Shown piece after piece: positions 26,576 to 30,404 of a DNA stretch of 30,404 nt. The stretch covers positions 1 through 30,404 of IMG/VR virus record IMGVR_UViG_3300027656_000033; one strand, given 5' to 3'. Numbering within the stretch: position 1 is the first letter of the stretch; every line of letters starts with the position of its first letter. The notes under the pieces were generated by a model, which had not been told where the DNA came from, did no database searches, and saw nothing but the letters and a program-made list of their open reading frames with translations. Made by a program: the position numbers and the translations under genes. This DNA comes from a virus (Duplodnaviria; Caudoviricetes).

Positions 26576-26607
26576 AACAGAAAAGCCCAATCTCGAAAGA
26601 CTGGGCT
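26575..26607 (-). terminator. Rho-independent terminator after the major tail gene
   Basis: AGCCCAGTCT-TTCG-AGATTGGGCT followed by TTTCTGTTT (10-bp stem with one G-U pair). Confidence 0.85.
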
Positions 26608-26627
26608 ATCTGTATTATTAAGTTATA

Positions 26628-27260
26628 TTATACTGTGCGGTCTACGATTTTACCGTATGAGCCACTATCGTTTGGAAGCAAGCGGAATGAAACTTCAAAC
26701 ATTGAAGCCTCGTCACGCTTTGATGATACAGATACATTCTCAATTGAGATTGCACGGTATGCTGAGTAAATACGCTCAACTACCTCATCTGATCCACCAT
26801 ATCCAGAACCAACTGCTACAAGACCACGTTCAACTGGGACATCGCCCAAGTCTCCTGCAGAAATGTTTAGTGTGTGAACTCCGCCTACTGCTGTAGGAAG
26901 ATCTGTATCTGGACGTGCAATTGCAACGAGCAAGTTTTCTAGAGTTGCCTCTGCGAAAGATGTTGCCATTGTTACTTGCATTCCCTGCTTGAACAACTTT
27001 GCTACGTCAAGAACCTGATCAACGTTTACTTCGCCGAAGTCTGGTTGGAACTGTAGTTCTAGTCCGTTGCTTGTATAACCAATATTTCTAAATTCTTCTG
27101 CTCCGCCAGTTGCGCCTGATGCTGACAATGTCTGCACGTAAGCGGTGTCTGCTACGAATGCTGGAAGATCTGCTGCTAACATAGTTCCAGGCGACTTCTT
27201 AACGAATAGTGCTGCTGCACCAACGATAATGTTGCTGGAATTACCTTTTGTATATGCCAT
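26628..27260 (-). CDS. Major tail (tube) protein
   Basis: 210 aa; NIIVGAAALFV, IGYTSNGLELQFQPDFGEVNVDQ, SFAEATLENL, FEVSFRLLP. Strong SD GAGGTG, own promoter and terminator; sits upstream of the chaperones and TMP. Confidence 0.88.
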   Translation of the reverse strand: MAYTKGNSSNIIVGAAALFVKKSPGTMLAADLPAFVADTAYVQTLSASGATGGAEEFRNIGYTSNGLELQFQPDFGEVNVDQVLDVAKLFKQGMQVTMATSFAEATLENLLVAIARPDTDLPTAVGGVHTLNISAGDLGDVPVERGLVAVGSGYGGSDEVVERIYSAYRAISIENVSVSSKRDEASMFEVSFRLLPNDSGSYGKIVDRTV

Positions 27261-27314
27261 GTTTCCACCTCTTTTTCCTTGTTAGAATTTTGAAGCGTTT
27301 GTTTCCTCGCTCCT

Positions 27315-27320
27315 ATTATA
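27315..27320 (-). promoter_or_regulatory. -10 box upstream of the major tail gene
   Basis: TATAAT in the 71-nt intergenic gap, 54 nt upstream of the ATG. Confidence 0.55.
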
Positions 27321-27331
27321 CTACCCTTTTA

Positions 27332-27853
27332 TTAGTCTGCTTTATGCCAGTCGTAGTCTATGATCATTTTATTCCCCGCGTATGTTCGGGCTGTTCCAAA
27401 ATCGATGATATCCCTTACCTCTTCTAGTTGATATATTTTAAAATGATGAAAGAATACAGGCTTAGACTCATTTGACCAAAGTACTGAGTTTTCTCTTGCC
27501 CACTTGTTTATGTCTTGTGCGGATTCATCTCCAGAGTCTAAAAGATCACTAACATACTGCTGGATGTGAACCATCTGTTCTTGTGGAAGCATTACAGAAT
27601 TACCTGTAGCATAAAAGTAGTATAGGACCTGCTCACACTTTATGTGTGGAAATGGGCCTCTTCGCATTCTAAACATTCTGTCATAGACAGCAAACAGACC
27701 ATTACTGTTTGGAAAAGTCTGTGTCAAAGAGTCTATGTCTGTTGGTAGGGTTGGAAAGAAATATGTTGCCTCTCCAGTTCCAAACCTCTCGTCTATCTTT
27801 GCTGCAAGATACTTATTGATTATGCTTGGTGGATGATGTATTAGTGCTGACAT
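27332..27853 (-). CDS. Putative tail terminator protein
   Basis: Size (173 aa) and position directly before the major tail gene in the canonical siphovirus neck order. Confidence 0.55.
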   Translation of the reverse strand: MSALIHHPPSIINKYLAAKIDERFGTGEATYFFPTLPTDIDSLTQTFPNSNGLFAVYDRMFRMRRGPFPHIKCEQVLYYFYATGNSVMLPQEQMVHIQQYVSDLLDSGDESAQDINKWARENSVLWSNESKPVFFHHFKIYQLEEVRDIIDFGTARTYAGNKMIIDYDWHKAD

Positions 27854-28530
27854 TATTTAACTCCTATTAGGCTTGCATTGGCAATCCATCTGTATCCTGT
27901 TTTTATACCTTGAGATCTTCCAGATTTGCTTCCTGATGGCAGATCCTTTTTGTATGCTTTTGGATATTTAAACTGTTGAGATAGACCACTTGTTTTTAAG
28001 AATGATTGACGGAAATAAACTCCAAAGAATTCATTAATTACTTTTTCAAACTGGCCCTTTGTCTCTCCTCCAGGGTTAGTAACTACAACTGGGTTTGAAG
28101 TAAAAATTTGTTCTCCATCAATATCAAAAGATAAAACATTTGCCTTTTTGGGCTTAATTGTTACTGGAAGACCTGCTTCCATAATTTTTGCTTTGTCAGA
28201 AAAAGGAACGTTTGATCCTTCTTTTATAGATGTTGATTGGCGAAGGTTTGATCTAAAAGAAATTCCAAGTGGACTAATTGTATAGTCTATGTCAAACAGT
28301 CTTGCTTTTGGACTTCCAGTGAGTGTCCATTCGTAAACGTGATGTAAAAGTTCTGGGGTAACTCTGGCATTTGAATCAATATATTGTGAAGCAAGTTCAA
28401 CAATCTGTGGTGCTAAGTCATTAAATAATTCTGTCTTTCCTTTTTGAACTCCATCTAGGAATCCAAAAGAATAAGACATGATGTTGTCCATCTCTTTCTT
28501 AAATCTTTTGCTTTCTGTAGTAACTCTCAT
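27853..28530 (-). CDS. Putative tail-completion / neck protein (HK97 gp10-like position)
   Basis: KAKIMEAG..VTIKPKKANVLSF....IF...V...NPG resembles the insert common in gp10-like proteins; gene order. Confidence 0.5.
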   Translation of the reverse strand: MRVTTESKRFKKEMDNIMSYSFGFLDGVQKGKTELFNDLAPQIVELASQYIDSNARVTPELLHHVYEWTLTGSPKARLFDIDYTISPLGISFRSNLRQSTSIKEGSNVPFSDKAKIMEAGLPVTIKPKKANVLSFDIDGEQIFTSNPVVVTNPGGETKGQFEKVINEFFGVYFRQSFLKTSGLSQQFKYPKAYKKDLPSGSKSGRSQGIKTGYRWIANASLIGVK

Positions 28531-28976
28531 AGGTCACCTGTTTGATTTTCTGATCTACGAATTATAATCTTGTAATATTCAACATTACCAAAGGCGCCAG
28601 TTGCTGGTTCAAATGTAGCAATTTCAAATAATGTTGACTTCCCAACTCTTGGGCCAGATGTCTCAATGAATATTTTATTTCCTAGTTGATCAGAAATGTC
28701 TGTAAGCAATATGTTTGTCATTGCCTGTGCATCTTCTCTGGTTGAAAAACGAATATCGCTTTTTGTTCTTCCAACTAGAATTGAGTTTGTTGTTATGTTT
28801 ACGTTAGGCTTTATTTCTTCTTTAAATGCTGAACCGCCAGATGTAAAGTTACACGCCATTGTTCTATCTAAAATCCATTGCTTTTTAATTGCTCCATAGT
28901 TACCTTGCTCAACTATTGGATAGTATAGTGATGCTTGCATAGGAAACATAAAGTCTGGATCTTCGCACACAGCCAT
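28527..28976 (-). CDS. Putative head-tail stopper (SPP1 gp16-like)
   Basis: 149 aa, beta-rich, 'YG....W' motif (NYGAIKKQW); follows the adaptor gene. Confidence 0.55.
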   Translation of the reverse strand: MAVCEDPDFMFPMQASLYYPIVEQGNYGAIKKQWILDRTMACNFTSGGSAFKEEIKPNVNITTNSILVGRTKSDIRFSTREDAQAMTNILLTDISDQLGNKIFIETSGPRVGKSTLFEIATFEPATGAFGNVEYYKIIIRRSENQTGDL

Positions 28977-29863
28977 TATAAAACCCCAATTTTTTTAATA
29001 GACTTTGCATACTTTGAAAGTATTTTGTCTACAATTATATTTCCTGTTCCCTCAAAGACACTTTTATCAAATTGTATTTTAAACTGGTCTGTATTATATG
29101 AAGAAATATATCTTTTGTAGTAGTCTAATTTTCCACAGTCAATGTCATGAATTAGCATCTCTGCTGCACGTCTTATGTCTGATGGAACAGAAATGTACCC
29201 ACATTCAACTTCAACTCTATAGTCCCAAGAGTGTGCAAACCCTCTATATATAAACTGTGAGTCCAACGAGTCTGATGCTGCTGCTGGCAATATTAAAGGA
29301 GCAGACTCTGCACGATTAATATTTTCCGCAGAAGACTCAACTATTGCTGTTTTATCTGATGTTATTTCGTATGTTCTATCTTCTACCAGTTTGTTATTTT
29401 CATATACCGACAAAACTTTCTTTACGTCATCCCAGATTGGCAAATAGTCAGACCCATTTCCTGTAAAATTTAAAACTTTTCTTTTATAATAAAATCCTTC
29501 TGGAACAATGGAATCAATTACTGCTCTTGCAATTTCTTCTTTTAGTGCATACTCTGCAATTTCGGAAGCAGTTGTACTGTTATCTTCTGGGTTTGAATAT
29601 GGCCTAACCACTTCATAAAACTCAGAGTGTACTACTTCTTCATTTTCATCTAAAACTTTTAGTTCGTAGTTAGAGTCATATCTTCCAGGCAATATTGTTG
29701 ATATTGTCTGCCCAGTTACTTTATTTAAAAATTGATTATGTGAGAATGAAAGATCCGCCATATCATACAAATACATTTTAAAATCTGTTGCTACAGAGTA
29801 ACCTGCAGGAATAGTAAAATTAATTGTAGTGTCTAAATATGGCGGAACTCTCAATATTTCCAT
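28976..29863 (-). CDS. Head-tail adaptor (SPP1 gp15 / HK97 gp6-like) with an N-terminal extension
   Basis: EEIARAVIDSI, RVEVECGYISVPSDIRRAAEMLI ('GY..vP.dI..A') and TGNIIVDKILSKY are characteristic adaptor motifs. Confidence 0.75.
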   Translation of the reverse strand: MEILRVPPYLDTTINFTIPAGYSVATDFKMYLYDMADLSFSHNQFLNKVTGQTISTILPGRYDSNYELKVLDENEEVVHSEFYEVVRPYSNPEDNSTTASEIAEYALKEEIARAVIDSIVPEGFYYKRKVLNFTGNGSDYLPIWDDVKKVLSVYENNKLVEDRTYEITSDKTAIVESSAENINRAESAPLILPAAASDSLDSQFIYRGFAHSWDYRVEVECGYISVPSDIRRAAEMLIHDIDCGKLDYYKRYISSYNTDQFKIQFDKSVFEGTGNIIVDKILSKYAKSIKKIGVL

Positions 29864-29864
29864 A

Positions 29865-30302
29865 TTACTTTTCCAATACTGCTTTTAGTTCATCTGGTGT
29901 TGCCATTCTAATATGGTCACGAGACAACCACTTATCAGCAGCAGCCTTAGTAACAATATTAAATCCACGATAAACTCTACCAACTTCTGGCCATGAAACA
30001 TTCTTTGTAGAATGAACTGCGACCTTGTCAGAGTTGTCAACATTTATTGCATCTGATGGTTTTGGACCATCTGCTGCCATTGAACCAATAGCACCGCTTC
30101 TTAAGAAGCCTAGAGCCTGTTCAGGAGCCTTTGGAGCCTCTACTACAACTGGTGCTGGATCTTCAACAGGAAGAGTTCTTGGCTCTACCGCAATCTCTAC
30201 AACTGGGATTTCTACAATCTCTGGTGCTGGAGTTTCTGCAATTTCTTCTACTGGAAGAACTGTTGAATCTTCTGTTACATTTTCATTAAAATTATTTTCC
30301 AT
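29865..30302 (-). CDS. Hypothetical protein with a Pro/Glu/Val-rich N-terminus and a compact C-terminal domain
   Basis: SD AAGGAGG; low-complexity N-half; C-terminal KVAVHSTKNVSWPEVGRVYRGFNIVTKAAADKWL. Confidence 0.75.
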   Translation of the reverse strand: MENNFNENVTEDSTVLPVEEIAETPAPEIVEIPVVEIAVEPRTLPVEDPAPVVVEAPKAPEQALGFLRSGAIGSMAADGPKPSDAINVDNSDKVAVHSTKNVSWPEVGRVYRGFNIVTKAAADKWLSRDHIRMATPDELKAVLEK

Positions 30303-30321
30303 TTTTATCCTCCTTGTTTGT

Positions 30322-30330
30322 ATTATATCA
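30322..30330 (-). promoter_or_regulatory. Extended -10 promoter for the neck operon
   Basis: TGATATAAT-acaaacAAGGAGGataaaa-ATG(30302), just after a terminator. Confidence 0.65.
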
Positions 30331-30332
30331 TT

Positions 30333-30372
30333 AAAGTATTAAGGGGGACAGGAGAGTGAACTCCCGCCCCCC
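30333..30372 (-). terminator. Rho-independent terminator, probably after the major capsid gene
   Basis: GGGGGGCGGGAG-TTCACT-CTCCTGTCCCCC (12-bp stem, two G-U pairs) followed by TTAATACTTT. A TAA at 30394-30396 may be the upstream gene's stop; that gene's identity is inferred from gene order only. Confidence 0.75.
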
Positions 30373-30404
30373 ATTAAAGGTACTGTTTACAGATTACTCT
30401 GCTG

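Noticed and set aside
26561-26590. Longer N-terminus given for the long chaperone
   Set aside because: It lies in the terminator and promoter; alignment with the paralogue begins at ATG 26560.
27292-27313. Hairpin GGAGCG-N10-CGCTTC in the major tail gene leader as a regulatory RNA
   Set aside because: The stem is only 6 bp, and its 5' arm lies mostly upstream of the start expected from the TATAAT at 27315. Too weak to call.
1-30404. tRNA genes, CRISPR arrays, diversity-generating retroelement repeats, stop-codon recoding
   Set aside because: Intergenic gaps are under ~100 nt, I saw no spaced direct repeats or reverse transcriptase, and genes end on TAA, TAG and TGA with intact long ORFs under the standard code. 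This was checked by eye only.

Overview
An AT-rich segment of a large tailed (siphovirus-like) phage genome. Every credible gene is on the minus strand and the genes are tightly packed. Reading in transcription order (right to left): a terminator, probably closing the capsid gene; a head-tail connector block; the major tail protein; two tail-assembly-chaperone genes; a 3266-aa tape measure protein (TMP); distal-tail, hub and baseplate-type proteins; four small regulatory or hypothetical genes; and a replication module (DnaB-like helicase, DnaG-like primase, gp32-like SSB, DnaE-type polymerase, RecA-like recombinase truncated by the window edge). The gene set and leaderless extended -10 promoters suggest an actinobacterial host, possibly low-GC freshwater Actinobacteria (inference). 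Two observations stand out. (1) The TMP carries an ~850-aa non-helical insert between two hydrophobic clusters. It contains a HipA/PI3-4-kinase-like domain with an apparently complete catalytic set and a second, possibly His-Me-finger-nuclease-like module, each bounded by short repeated motifs. This suggests a tail-delivered effector cassette. (2) The usual frameshifted G/GT chaperone pair seems to be replaced by a gene duplication: an in-frame fused GT plus a separate paralogous G, each with its own promoter. No database searches were run. All family calls rest on motifs read by eye and on gene order.
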